Both the position numbers and the translations under genes were made by a program. Positions 36,731 to 46,560 of a DNA stretch of 51,469 nucleotides are shown here, piece after piece. Origin of the DNA: Candidatus Falkowbacteria bacterium (GTDB lineage Bacteria; Patescibacteriota; Patescibacteriia; Patescibacteriales; UBA12465); NCBI GenBank assembly GCA_037132255.1, contig JBAXPN010000006.1:1-51469 (forward strand). Direction: 5' to 3'. The notes under the pieces are model-generated. The model saw only the letters and a list, made by a program, of their open reading frames with translations. It was not told the DNA's origin and did not search any database. Each line of letters begins with the position of its first letter. The first letter of the stretch is position 1.

Positions 36731-39435
36731 ATGAAAGATAGCATGAGGATTATCATCCACGGACCAGCGACGCATATCTTCGCCCAAATCCTACTCGAAA
36801 AAGCCTTAAGGCTAGAGGAAGGAATTAGTGTTGAAGTTTGTGAGTCCTGGTCAGATTTAATTAGCCGACTGCCTAATTTAGAATCAGCGACAATTTTGCT
36901 AATTAACGCCAATGAGAAAACTGGCCTCGAAATTATCTCGCGCCAAGCGAAATGCCGGCTCTTAATGTGCCGCGGCGGAGAAAAAGAATTTCAACCGAAT
37001 TTGACGCTTCTGCGCAGCAACAATAATCATCAACATTTTCTTTTTGAAAACTGGAATGATTTTGTCGCTAAAATTAAAGACACGCCGCTTAACAATTCGC
37101 CGCTTCTCAGCGCAACTACTGACCCAAGCATCTACCGAGTAAATTACGAAAACCTGCCTGACTTACTTGCGCGCCAAAAAATGACAGTCGACCAAAAATT
37201 CTTTTGGTTCTCGGCTTACTTTTCAAAGCATTACCTCTTATGGCTTGAGAATTGGAATAATCAAGTTATGCGAATGCGTTGGCGCCTGCACATTAAACTT
37301 TCCGAAAAAGGCAAAACAAAAAAATTAAGTTTTCCTTTCGAAAATGTTTATCAAGGCGAATTAATTTTTCGCGAAGGAGAGCAAATGTATTTCGACATTT
37401 ATGGCCCTCATATTAAAACATCTCTGTTAGCGGTACAATTATTTCATCTGATGAAGAATCGCTTGAGCTTGTTCTCGACAAGGCAATCCAAAAAAGAGTA
37501 TTAAACCATATTGACGTTGTCACCAAGGGTTCAAATATTCTTAATCATACTATTCGTGCCTACCGCAATTCCTGCGCCGGCTACTCCGATTTAAGTCCCA
37601 ATGATTATATTTATGAATTGGAAAATCAATATAATCGGCCCGAAGATTTCTTACGAGGCTATATTCCAAATCATAATGCTCTTCATTTACCAATTACCAG
37701 CGTAAAACTTGACGGCCCCTCAAAAGCAATCCTGTACGATGAGTCCCAAACAAAGTCACTACTCGAAATGCTTGGTCCAAGTTATGTCTCTCTTGTCTCG
37801 GGTGGTCCGGGTACAGGAAAAACAACTTTAACGGCAGTCGCCATCAAACAATTGGTTCTCGCCGGTCGTGTGATTCTTCTTAGTTCTCATAGCAATAAGG
37901 GCTTAGATAATTTATTAGAATCATTAGTTGAACACTTGGACGAAAAAATTATTTTCCGTCTCGGAAACAATCCTCAACTAATAAGCTCTGATAAAGCCAA
38001 AAGACTTAATCGCTTTGAGCGCTACGCCAAACAAACGGCGGCGGCAAAAAAGGCCTGGGATGAATACATGGAGAAATCGAATATTGAAAAGGCCGCAAGA
38101 ACCGACTTCAAGTCGGAGGAATTTACTTTGATGCAGGAAAATAAAGCTATTTGGGAATTAATTTGTGCCGGCAAAAGTTTAGTTTTAGCGGCCACGATAA
38201 ATTCAGTGGTCTTCGATAAACAATTAAAAGCTCTCTATCACCAAAACGAGCTTATTTGGGGAGCTGATATTAAGTCTTTTTCAGAGGTAAACGAAAAACC
38301 TAAATCAAAATCCGAAGTTAGTGATTTTGAACTAAACATTCCTTATGAGGTTGTGAAATATATGTGGGATGAAGCAAAAAAAATTCGACCTACATTTTCT
38401 ATCGACACAACATTCATTGATGAAGCTACTAAGGCTCGTTTTTTCGAGATAGTTCCCTTAATTAAAAAAACTGATTATAAATTAATTTTAATCGGCGACA
38501 CAGACCAACTAGGAAATATCGAGATATCAGCCGAAGCCGGCGAAAACATGATGTGGCGAGTTTACGAGGAATGTGGTTTTGACGAATATTATAGCAACAG
38601 GACTGTGAATAAAAAATTATTTCAAGATTCTGTTTTTACTATAAATCCGCGAAAACTAACCGATGATGATCATGTTCTCATGCCTCTTAGCTCTACGGGC
38701 AAAGAAGTTGAAGCTTGGTTTAAGTACTTTTCTGACGGCGTATTCTTCTCGCTCGCTGACGGCACTAAATTATCTGGCGATAAATTAAATGTTAATCGTC
38801 GTTCGCTTGAAAATATCACCAAATTTCTTAACCATGTATTTTTAAAAGAAATGAAGGTCGGTCGTTTCAACCCACATTCCCGCGGTTCAGTTATATTTCT
38901 TGACGTGCAGGGTAAAGAGGAGAGAATTAAAACTTCGTATCGAAATCGCCAAGAAAAAAATTTGGTCGTCGCGGAAGTTATAAAATTCTTCAAGAAACAA
39001 TTAAGTGAAAAGGGCGTAATTAACCTTAAATCCTTAGGAGTTATCGCAACTTATCGCGGACAGATTAATTTCATCAAAGAAGCTTTACGAAACGAACTTC
39101 TCTTCCATAAAATCTTCGCTGAACTTATTACTCCTAGTAATATCGACCAAGTCTTAAGGGATATGGTTAATACTGTTGACGCCTTCCAAGGTTCAGAGAA
39201 AGAAGCAATTATTTTAAGCCTTGTCCGTGCTAATAGTGAAGGTCGAATTGGCTTCAGTACTGATCTCAGAAGAATCTACGTCGCTCTTAGCCGCGCCAGA
39301 GCCGATTTAATTATTGTCGGCGATTCAAGCACCTTCCTCAAAAGCCAAGAATTAATTATTCGAAAAGTTTTCGGCAGGATTATAAAATACACCCAAACAA
39401 AAAAAACCTATAGCCGCAAAAAAGTGGCTAAATAA
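36731..39435 (+). pseudogene. UPF1/DNA2-like SF1 helicase gene apparently split by a frameshift (ORFs 36731-37504 and 37417/37618-39435)
   Basis: GGPGTGKT, IDEA, GDTDQL, TYRGQ, TVDAFQGSE and VALSRAR; the helicase frame is open from 37417 and overlaps the upstream ORF. Confidence 0.7.
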
Positions 39436-39561
39436 AAACAACCCCGACGCAATCGATTTGATTGTTCGGGGTTTTTAAAAAAGGTGAGTAATTTGCAGCA
39501 ATTTTCTTCAGAGCGTTTTTTGATAGTTGTACTTACAACGCTGAAAAGCAGAAACCCATAT

Positions 39562-39888
39562 CTACGGAGGTATCTTAGGACGATATCCGGTCAGAATTAC
39601 ATCGCGCAGCCTGAGAGGTGCAGAAAATTGGGTTGTTTGGCCGACGTAGCGCCGGGCCGTGTTCAAGAAAGTAAATTCTGTGGTAGCTGGTATACCAACT
39701 GATGGAGATAGAGAAAGACTTTCAAGTCTCTCGGCTAATTTTTCCAAGCAATTGGTACCTGGACCTAGTCGCAGAATACTTTCATTTTGAATCACGGGTC
39801 CCTTTAGCGGCGACTCGTCAGCCATCTGCCTGGAAAATCCAGGAAAAGCTGCAAACAAGATACATAGGGTTAAAAAGAACTGTTTCAC
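39562..39888 (-). CDS. Hypothetical secreted protein
   Basis: GTG start with AAGGGAG upstream; signal-peptide-like MKQFFLTLCILFAAFPGFS. Confidence 0.55.
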   Translation of the reverse strand: MKQFFLTLCILFAAFPGFSRQMADESPLKGPVIQNESILRLGPGTNCLEKLAERLESLSLSPSVGIPATTEFTFLNTARRYVGQTTQFSAPLRLRDVILTGYRPKIPP

Positions 39889-40033
39889 GATTGGCTCCCT
39901 TCTTGTTTGATGATAATACTTTAAATTATCTAAAAAAAATTGTCAAGAAAATTAGCCTAATATTAGTCTTTACAAATCAAAATTTTAATGCTAAAGTAGC
40001 CATATATAAGTTTATAATTTATTAATTAAAAAT

Positions 40034-40259
40034 CTGTTTTTAGGAATGAGTCAGAAAAACTAAATACCGCTTATTGTTGTCATAAAAATTATTTTCGAAG
40101 ATCAATCAATTATGTTTAATCAGTTTATTACTCTAAAATTAGCTAAAAAACTAAAGATAGCTAGTAAAAACATCTTCTAAAATATCACTTCTTAAAGTGG
40201 TCCCTGTTTTTCAAAACTTAATAATAACCGCGCGTACCACCTCATTTTCTTAAAGACAG
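40034..40259 (+). ncRNA. ssrS: Probable 6S RNA
   Basis: Terminal stem 40034-40050/40241-40259, central bubble, inner stems; lies directly upstream of rny; promoter TTTACA(39969)-17-TAAAGT. Confidence 0.6.
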
Positions 40260-40270
40260 TTCCAATTTAT

Positions 40271-41794
40271 ATGGAATATCTAAGCTATGTCTTGTATGTA
40301 GTTTTGGCTGTAGGTGGTTTTTTTATTGGTTTTACTTACTACAAAAAATCAGCAACCTCAAAAGTCTCAAATGCTGCCGAAAAAGCGGAGAAATTGATTA
40401 GTGATGCCAAGCTCAAAGAAAAAGAGCTGCTTTTAAAGGCGCAGGATAAAGCCCTGCATATTATTGACGAGTCTAAAAAAGAAGAATCTTCTCGTCGCAA
40501 TGAAATCAATCAATTGCAGAAGAGATTAGAGCAACGTGAAAACTCTTTCTCGCAAAAACTTTTAGATCTACAAGAAAAACAACAAAAACTATACGACAAG
40601 GTTAATGAGGTTCAAGAAATCAAAGAAAAAATTAAAAACGTTAAAGCCGAACAAGAAGCTAAATTAGAAAAGATTTCTAATTTAAGCCAAGATGAGGCCA
40701 AGGCTATTTTAATTAAAAAGGTTGAAGAAAATATTGCTGACGATTTAGTCGTTCGCATTAATAAATTAGAAAACAATTCCGAAGACATTATCAATGATAA
40801 AGCTAAGGACATGATGGCGCTCGCCATGCAAAGAATGGTTTCTAATTATACAGTTGAACTTACAACAACTACTGTTGATTTACCTAACGATGAAATGAAG
40901 GGTAGAATTATTGGTCGCGAAGGACGTAATATTAAGGCCATCGAACAAATGACTGGTGTAGAAATCATTGTTGATGATACTCCTAACGCGATTACTGTTT
41001 CTGGTTTCTCTTTAATTCGCCGTCATATTGCCAAGAAAACACTGGATTACTTAATAAAAGACGGCCGTATCCATCCGACAAAAATTGAAGATGCGGTTGA
41101 GAATGCTAAAAAAGATATCGCGCTTGATATCAAAAAGGCGGGTGAAGAGGCGATGTATGAAGTTGGTGTTACTGGCTTCGATCCAAAATTAGTTCAAATT
41201 CTCGGACGTTTAAAATACCGTACTAGTTATGGCCAAAATGTTTTACGCCATTCAACTGAGGTTGCTCACTTAGCCGCCATGCTTGCCGAAGAATTAGGTG
41301 CTGATGTAACCCTTGCTAAGAAAGGCGGATTACTTCATGATATCGGAAAAGCAGTTGATCACGAAGTTCAAGGAAATCATACTGAAATTGGACGAGACAT
41401 TGCTCGCAAATTTAATCTTCCACCAGAAATTATTGCGCCGATTGAAACTCATCATGATGATAAACCATCAACCCTTATTGCTGTTATTGTAAAAGTTGCC
41501 GACGCTATCTCTTCGGCGCGTCCCGGAGCAAGAAACGACAACTATGAAAACTACTTACAACGTCTTGAGGAGCTTGAAAAGATCGCTCTAACCTTCGATG
41601 GCGTAGAAAAAGTCTATGCAATTCAGGCTGGTCGCGAAGTACGCGTCTTTGTTGAGCCAAATATGATCGATGACCTTAAGGCTTATAATTTGGCTAGAGA
41701 TATTGCAAAAAAGATAGAAAATGAGTTAAAATATCCAGGAGAGATAAAGGTGAATGTTATCCGCGAAATGCGGGTCACCGAATATGCTCGTTAA
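40271..41794 (+). CDS. rny: Ribonuclease Y
   Basis: N-terminal TM, coiled coil, KH (KGRIIGREGRNI), HD (LHDIGK) and ARPGAR. Confidence 0.97.
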   Translation: MEYLSYVLYVVLAVGGFFIGFTYYKKSATSKVSNAAEKAEKLISDAKLKEKELLLKAQDKALHIIDESKKEESSRRNEINQLQKRLEQRENSFSQKLLDLQEKQQKLYDKVNEVQEIKEKIKNVKAEQEAKLEKISNLSQDEAKAILIKKVEENIADDLVVRINKLENNSEDIINDKAKDMMALAMQRMVSNYTVELTTTTVDLPNDEMKGRIIGREGRNIKAIEQMTGVEIIVDDTPNAITVSGFSLIRRHIAKKTLDYLIKDGRIHPTKIEDAVENAKKDIALDIKKAGEEAMYEVGVTGFDPKLVQILGRLKYRTSYGQNVLRHSTEVAHLAAMLAEELGADVTLAKKGGLLHDIGKAVDHEVQGNHTEIGRDIARKFNLPPEIIAPIETHHDDKPSTLIAVIVKVADAISSARPGARNDNYENYLQRLEELEKIALTFDGVEKVYAIQAGREVRVFVEPNMIDDLKAYNLARDIAKKIENELKYPGEIKVNVIREMRVTEYAR

Positions 41795-41842
41795 GCTTTA
41801 AAAAGCTTAAATTATTATGTTTAGAGCTAAACATATAAACAT

Positions 41843-42130
41843 ATGAACAAAGCACAACTCATCGACAAAATTTATCATGATGTCGAAGGGCTAAACAAAA
41901 AGCAGGCGGAAAAGATGGTTGATGTCTTAACCGACACCATCATCGAAGAGTTAAAGGCTGATCGTGAAGTCACAATCGCTGGCTTCGGAACATTCTTAGC
42001 TCGTGTCCGTTATGCTCGCGGCGGTGTTAACCCTCAGAAACCTAACGAACGGATTACAATCCCAGCTGTTAAGGTTGCTAAGTTTAAAACCGGTTACCAT
42101 CTCAAGCAAGCCCTAAAGGGAAAAAGATAA
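41843..42130 (+). CDS. hup: HU family DNA-binding protein
   Basis: MNKAQLI, GFGTF, G.NP and KFK.G..LK. Confidence 0.93.
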   Translation: MNKAQLIDKIYHDVEGLNKKQAEKMVDVLTDTIIEELKADREVTIAGFGTFLARVRYARGGVNPQKPNERITIPAVKVAKFKTGYHLKQALKGKR

Positions 42131-42181
42131 ATTAAGCGCCCATCTCAGGAATATCCATCCTAGGACCGAGGGCGTTTTGTA

Positions 42182-42255
42182 GCGCCCGTAGCTCAACTGG
42201 ATAGAGTACTTGGCTTCGGACCAAGGGGTTGCAGGTCCGAATCCTGCCGGGCGCA
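42182..42255 (+). tRNA. tRNA-Arg(TCG)
   Basis: Cloverleaf; loop CTTCGGA; atypical T-loop TCCGAAT. Confidence 0.92.
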
Positions 42256-42352
42256 CATAAGCTTGAAACAGAAGCTTGAAATCTGTTTTAATATATTATA
42301 GAATGGCTGGGTAGTTAAACCCGCCGAAAGGCCGGGTATAACCCGATATTAT

Positions 42353-42426
42353 GGCTGGGTAGCTCAGCTGGTTAGAGCGTAGCACTCATAACGCTAAGGT
42401 CGCGGGTTCGATCCCCGCCCCCGCCA
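42353..42426 (+). tRNA. tRNA-Met(CAT), probably elongator
   Basis: G1:C72 paired; loop CTCATAA. Ile2 identity is not excluded. Confidence 0.88.
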
Positions 42427-42445
42427 CAAAACTTAATAGACGAAT

Positions 42446-42518
42446 GCGCTGTTAGCTCAGTTGGTAGAGCAGCTCCCTCTTAAGGAGATGGTCGCAGGTT
42501 CGAATCCTGCACGGCGCA
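42446..42518 (+). tRNA. tRNA-Lys(CTT)
   Basis: Cloverleaf; loop CTCTTAA. Confidence 0.94.
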
Positions 42519-42539
42519 CACATTAACACCTCTTAAAAT

Positions 42540-43016
42540 ATGTTTAACGTATTTAGGGCCAAGGATAAAGACTACGTTCCGAACCAACATGTTGGTGAAA
42601 CGAAGAAAATGGGAATATTTGAAGATGCTTATACAATTGCCGAACGCAAAAGAAAAGCTCAAAATGACTTGAGTAAAGGAGAATCTGGTGATGATACTTT
42701 TATTGACTTCGCAGGCAGAAAAACACCGATTAAAGATTTAAATGGCCAAACCGAACAATTACTGAGCGAAGCACGCTCAGCGATTCGAGCTGAAATATAT
42801 AATAATGAAGAATTAAAAAACGAAGAAGACATAGAAAATAATTTTCCTTCAGCGGGTAAATTAAATAAAAAATTATATCAGAAAATTGACCCTCCTGGAT
42901 TATACGGTCCGAGTGAACCAAAGGATAATCTCCTAACCGAATCACCAGTAAAAAAACGTCTCGAAATCAGACAGACCAGAAAAGCGCTTGAACGACTAGA
43001 CTCTCAAAATAATTAA
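42540..43016 (+). CDS. Hypothetical protein
   Basis: 158-aa charged ORF followed by a terminator hairpin at ~43034-43061. Confidence 0.65.
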   Translation: MFNVFRAKDKDYVPNQHVGETKKMGIFEDAYTIAERKRKAQNDLSKGESGDDTFIDFAGRKTPIKDLNGQTEQLLSEARSAIRAEIYNNEELKNEEDIENNFPSAGKLNKKLYQKIDPPGLYGPSEPKDNLLTESPVKKRLEIRQTRKALERLDSQNN

Positions 43017-43146
43017 AATAAAATTAATACAAAAAACAAGTCCTATAAAGGGACTTGTTTTGTTTATTCGACAATCAGACCAATAAATACTAAAATTAAT
43101 AGACAATGATTAATTCGTCCTTTTAAATCAATAAAAACCCATTATT

Positions 43147-43452
43147 ATGAGAAGTCTAAAACAAATATTTATGGCGCCGAAGCATGGTTATTCCGACCAT
43201 CTACTGGCAACAGTATTTGGACTCTTATTCGGAATTTTGGGAATTTTTAGCGATACGAAAATTCACACACCAATAAACCAGGCTATATTTTCTTTAATAC
43301 TTGGACTTGTTGTCGGCATATTTATCTCTCTCAGCGCCGCCAACTACCGCGAGGAAGAACCAAAAAAAGTAATTTCTCTTGGCTATTTCTACGCCGTGAG
43401 AATCGCCGCTCTTTGCTTTTCAACAATGTACTTAGCAGAACTCTTGATTTGA
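43147..43452 (+). CDS. Hypothetical 3-TM membrane protein
   Basis: 101-aa hydrophobic ORF followed by a terminator at ~43467-43491. Confidence 0.6.
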   Translation: MRSLKQIFMAPKHGYSDHLLATVFGLLFGILGIFSDTKIHTPINQAIFSLILGLVVGIFISLSAANYREEEPKKVISLGYFYAVRIAALCFSTMYLAELLI

Positions 43453-43508
43453 AATCTCTTTCAAAAAAACCGGCCAACATTAGCCGGTTTTCTAAATTCA
43501 TAGTCTAA

Positions 43509-43925
43509 TTAACTCATTAAATCAGAGGCAGTCTTAGGATATATTCGTAAAGTTTCATTATACTCTATCCATCCAGCGGCCTCTTGGCGCGGACTATCTA
43601 AAACTGGATATTCTTTATCTTCATACATTCCCTGATCCTCGAAATCAGCCTCATAAACATAGGCAATTTCATGGCCATATTCACCATTATAAACATATAT
43701 ATTCTCAGCAATTCCCAAAAGTTTTATATTTATAAGTTCAGCCGCGAACTCCTCTTTAAACTCCCTCATAAGGGCCTGCAAGGCGGTTTCTCGGAACTTT
43801 ATGCCTCCACCCATCAAACGGTAAAACTTTTCTTTTTTATCTTCGTCGAAACCAGCGCCAGCAAAAAACTTATTTTCATTTTTTATAATTGCAACAGCTA
43901 TCGGACGGATTCCCTTTTTTGGCAT
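43509..43925 (-). CDS. NUDIX hydrolase
   Basis: GGGIKFRETALQALMREFKEE Nudix box; start at MPKK. Confidence 0.88.
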   Translation of the reverse strand: MPKKGIRPIAVAIIKNENKFFAGAGFDEDKKEKFYRLMGGGIKFRETALQALMREFKEEFAAELINIKLLGIAENIYVYNGEYGHEIAYVYEADFEDQGMYEDKEYPVLDSPRQEAAGWIEYNETLRIYPKTASDLMS

Positions 43926-44023
43926 ATTATTAATATTATTGCTTAATATACCAAGTATATCCGACAGAAAGACAAAAATCAACGTAGACTTGGCCAAAAT
44001 TAATATTTCCGCTATAATGACAA

Positions 44024-44608
44024 ATGATTATGAAAAACTATATTATCTTCGGTGCCCCTGGTGCCGGCAAAGGAACTCAAGCCAAATTACTCGCTGAAAA
44101 ATTTAGCCTTATTCACCTCTCAAGCGGTGAAATTTTACGAAAGGAAATTAAAAGCGGCGATCTCGGCGACAAAATAAAAAAATATCTAGCCAGCGGACGA
44201 CTTGTTCCAAGCGAGGTAATCGACCAAATTATGGAAAAAGCCATCAAGCGCCATAAGAAGGCGAGTGGATTTATCTTCGATGGTTTTCCACGAACTCTTG
44301 CTCAAGCTAAATGGCTCGATAAAGTTTTGAAAAAAGAAGACAGACCGATTAACGCAATTTTAAAAATAAGGATTACCGAGGAAGAAGGAATAAAAAGAAT
44401 TATTGAAAGAGCAAAAACATCGGGCCGCAGCGATGATAATCGAAAAGTAATAAAAGAGCGCTTCAAAATTTACCACCACGAAATGCACACGCTTGTCGCT
44501 TACTACCAAAAGCAAAAAAAATTAATAATTATTGATGGTAACGGGACAGTAGATCAAATTTCCGACAGAATCGTTTCCGCTATGAATAAAGTTTCTCCAA
44601 AAAAATAA
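44024..44608 (+). CDS. adk: Adenylate kinase (short-LID type)
   Basis: GAPGAGKGTQ, DGFPRT and GRSDD. Confidence 0.95.
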   Translation: MIMKNYIIFGAPGAGKGTQAKLLAEKFSLIHLSSGEILRKEIKSGDLGDKIKKYLASGRLVPSEVIDQIMEKAIKRHKKASGFIFDGFPRTLAQAKWLDKVLKKEDRPINAILKIRITEEEGIKRIIERAKTSGRSDDNRKVIKERFKIYHHEMHTLVAYYQKQKKLIIIDGNGTVDQISDRIVSAMNKVSPKK

Positions 44609-44680
44609 TACGACTTAATAAAAACCGCAACGGATTACCATAGCGGTTTTTTATATGTATTATTGTGTTCTACTAATTAC

Positions 44681-45742
44681 TTATTTCGCTTCTTCAATTT
44701 CTTTACTCTTTATGGCAACAATGATTGCCTTGCGAATTTCCGCCAATAATTTCTTATCGTCTTTGATTGTTTTTTTAGCAACTTCACGGCCAGTTCCTAA
44801 TTTAATCTCACCATAAGTATAAGTATTACCACTCTTTTTAATAGTACCAACTTCGACTCCTAAATCAACTAAATCACCAGCGACCGAAATCCCTTCATTA
44901 TACATGATATCAAATTCACAAGTTTTAAATGGAGCGGCAACTTTATTCTTAACGATTTTTACTTTAACGCGATTACCAATAATTTTCTCGCCCTGTTTAA
45001 TCTGCGCCGCACGGCGAATTTCAACACGAACTGAGCAATAAAATTTCAAAGCATTGCCACCAGATGTTGTTTCCGGATTACCAAAGAAAACGCCAATTTT
45101 ATTTCTAATCTGATTAATGAAAATAACAACAGTCTTTGTCTTGCCAATAGCCGCTGTTAATTTACGAAGCGCTTGGCTCATTAAACGAGCCTGAAGCCCC
45201 ATATGCTGGTCGCCCATATCACCTTCGATTTCTTTCTGCGGAACAAGAGCGGCGACGCTGTCAACAACGATAACATCAACGGCATTTGAACGAACCAGAG
45301 TCTCAACTATCTCTAAAGCCTGTTCGCCGCTATCTGGTTGGGACAACAGCATCTCTTTAATATTAACGCCGATTTTAGCTGCATAATCAGGGTCTAGAGC
45401 GTGTTCCGCGTCAACGAAGGCCGCGATGCCTCCAGTTTTCTGAACTTCAGCCACGATATGCTGGGCTAAAGTAGTTTTGCCAGATGACTCTGGGCCATAG
45501 ATTTCAATAATACGACCACGGGGCACACCGCCGATTCCGAAAGCCATATCAAGGGATAAACAACCGGTTGAAATTGCATCGACGTTTGTTTTTTGCGCAT
45601 CACCAAAACGCATAATTGAACCTTCACCAAATTTACTACGGATTTGTTCAATTGCGTTTAGTGCCGCCTCTTCTCTTTTTAACTTGTCGTCCGACCTATC
45701 TTGGGTAACTTTTTTTTCTTTTTTTACCTTTTCTTTAAACAT
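44681..45742 (-). CDS. recA: Recombinase A
   Basis: [16 protein letters not shown] and GGNALKFY. Confidence 0.99.
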   Translation of the reverse strand: MFKEKVKKEKKVTQDRSDDKLKREEAALNAIEQIRSKFGEGSIMRFGDAQKTNVDAISTGCLSLDMAFGIGGVPRGRIIEIYGPESSGKTTLAQHIVAEVQKTGGIAAFVDAEHALDPDYAAKIGVNIKEMLLSQPDSGEQALEIVETLVRSNAVDVIVVDSVAALVPQKEIEGDMGDQHMGLQARLMSQALRKLTAAIGKTKTVVIFINQIRNKIGVFFGNPETTSGGNALKFYCSVRVEIRRAAQIKQGEKIIGNRVKVKIVKNKVAAPFKTCEFDIMYNEGISVAGDLVDLGVEVGTIKKSGNTYTYGEIKLGTGREVAKKTIKDDKKLLAEIRKAIIVAIKSKEIEEAK

Positions 45743-45897
45743 AGGTTTATGTGTTAGATTTATTAATTATTTTATTATAACATTCCGAGCCTTATGAATT
45801 TATTTAATATTTATATACAAAGGCTTATTTTTGGATAAATTATTTATTTTTATAATTGTCTCGAATTATCTTTTATACTCACTTATTTTCCAAAAAA

Positions 45898-46536
45898 CTA
45901 TTTAAGAAAGCTGAACGGGAGTGGTACTTTATATTCATCCCCGCTTTTCGACATAATAATTATTTCGGCGCCAATGTTTGTTTTCTGATAGGAAAATAAG
46001 TTCTGTCCAAAGTCATTAGTTTGTATTTCAAGTGGAACAGCTTCTGTCTCCTGACTATTTTTCCATTCTTCTTTCACGCTATTTTTTAATTTGGACCAGA
46101 ATCCCGTGTCCTCAGTTGTAGCGTTTGTTTCGCTTGGCACAAATTCGTTGAAATTTGTTTCGACGCTACTGGCCCCATTATTATTTATTTCGCTATTATT
46201 TAGCTCTGCATCACTTGCTTCATTTACATTAGCTACGCTTGTGTCAACTTCTTTTGTCGATGTTCCCATCAGTAACCATTGCCAATCAACTCGCGCGATA
46301 AAGTCCGCCATTGTTTTCCCGAGCCCAATATTTTTTTGCACATTAACTTCACTCATTTTTTCCGAAGCCCCTAGTAAAACACCAAGCGTTTCGCCTCCCT
46401 TCTGCACCAGACTATTATTAACTAATTCATTTTTTTGTTCTTGATCAGCGTTATAAAAAACTGAAGCGAATAGGGCTAGAACCAGGAAGGAAACAACCAT
46501 CACAATCGTACCCCAGGTTTTGCGCAGGCCAAACAT
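45898..46536 (-). CDS. Hypothetical membrane-anchored protein
   Basis: N-terminal TM with a low-complexity N/S/E/T middle region. Confidence 0.7.
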   Translation of the reverse strand: MFGLRKTWGTIVMVVSFLVLALFASVFYNADQEQKNELVNNSLVQKGGETLGVLLGASEKMSEVNVQKNIGLGKTMADFIARVDWQWLLMGTSTKEVDTSVANVNEASDAELNNSEINNNGASSVETNFNEFVPSETNATTEDTGFWSKLKNSVKEEWKNSQETEAVPLEIQTNDFGQNLFSYQKTNIGAEIIIMSKSGDEYKVPLPFSFLK

Positions 46537-46560
46537 ATATTATATTTAATACCTTCTAAT

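Noticed and set aside
39484-40025. Plus-strand ORFs 39484-39702 and 39702-40025
   Set aside because: They overlap the better-supported minus-strand ORF (SD, signal peptide) and promoter DNA.
42136-42176. Hairpin after hup as a possible SRP RNA
   Set aside because: It lacks the SRP helix-8 CAGG/GNRA/AGCA arrangement; more likely a terminator or processing stem.
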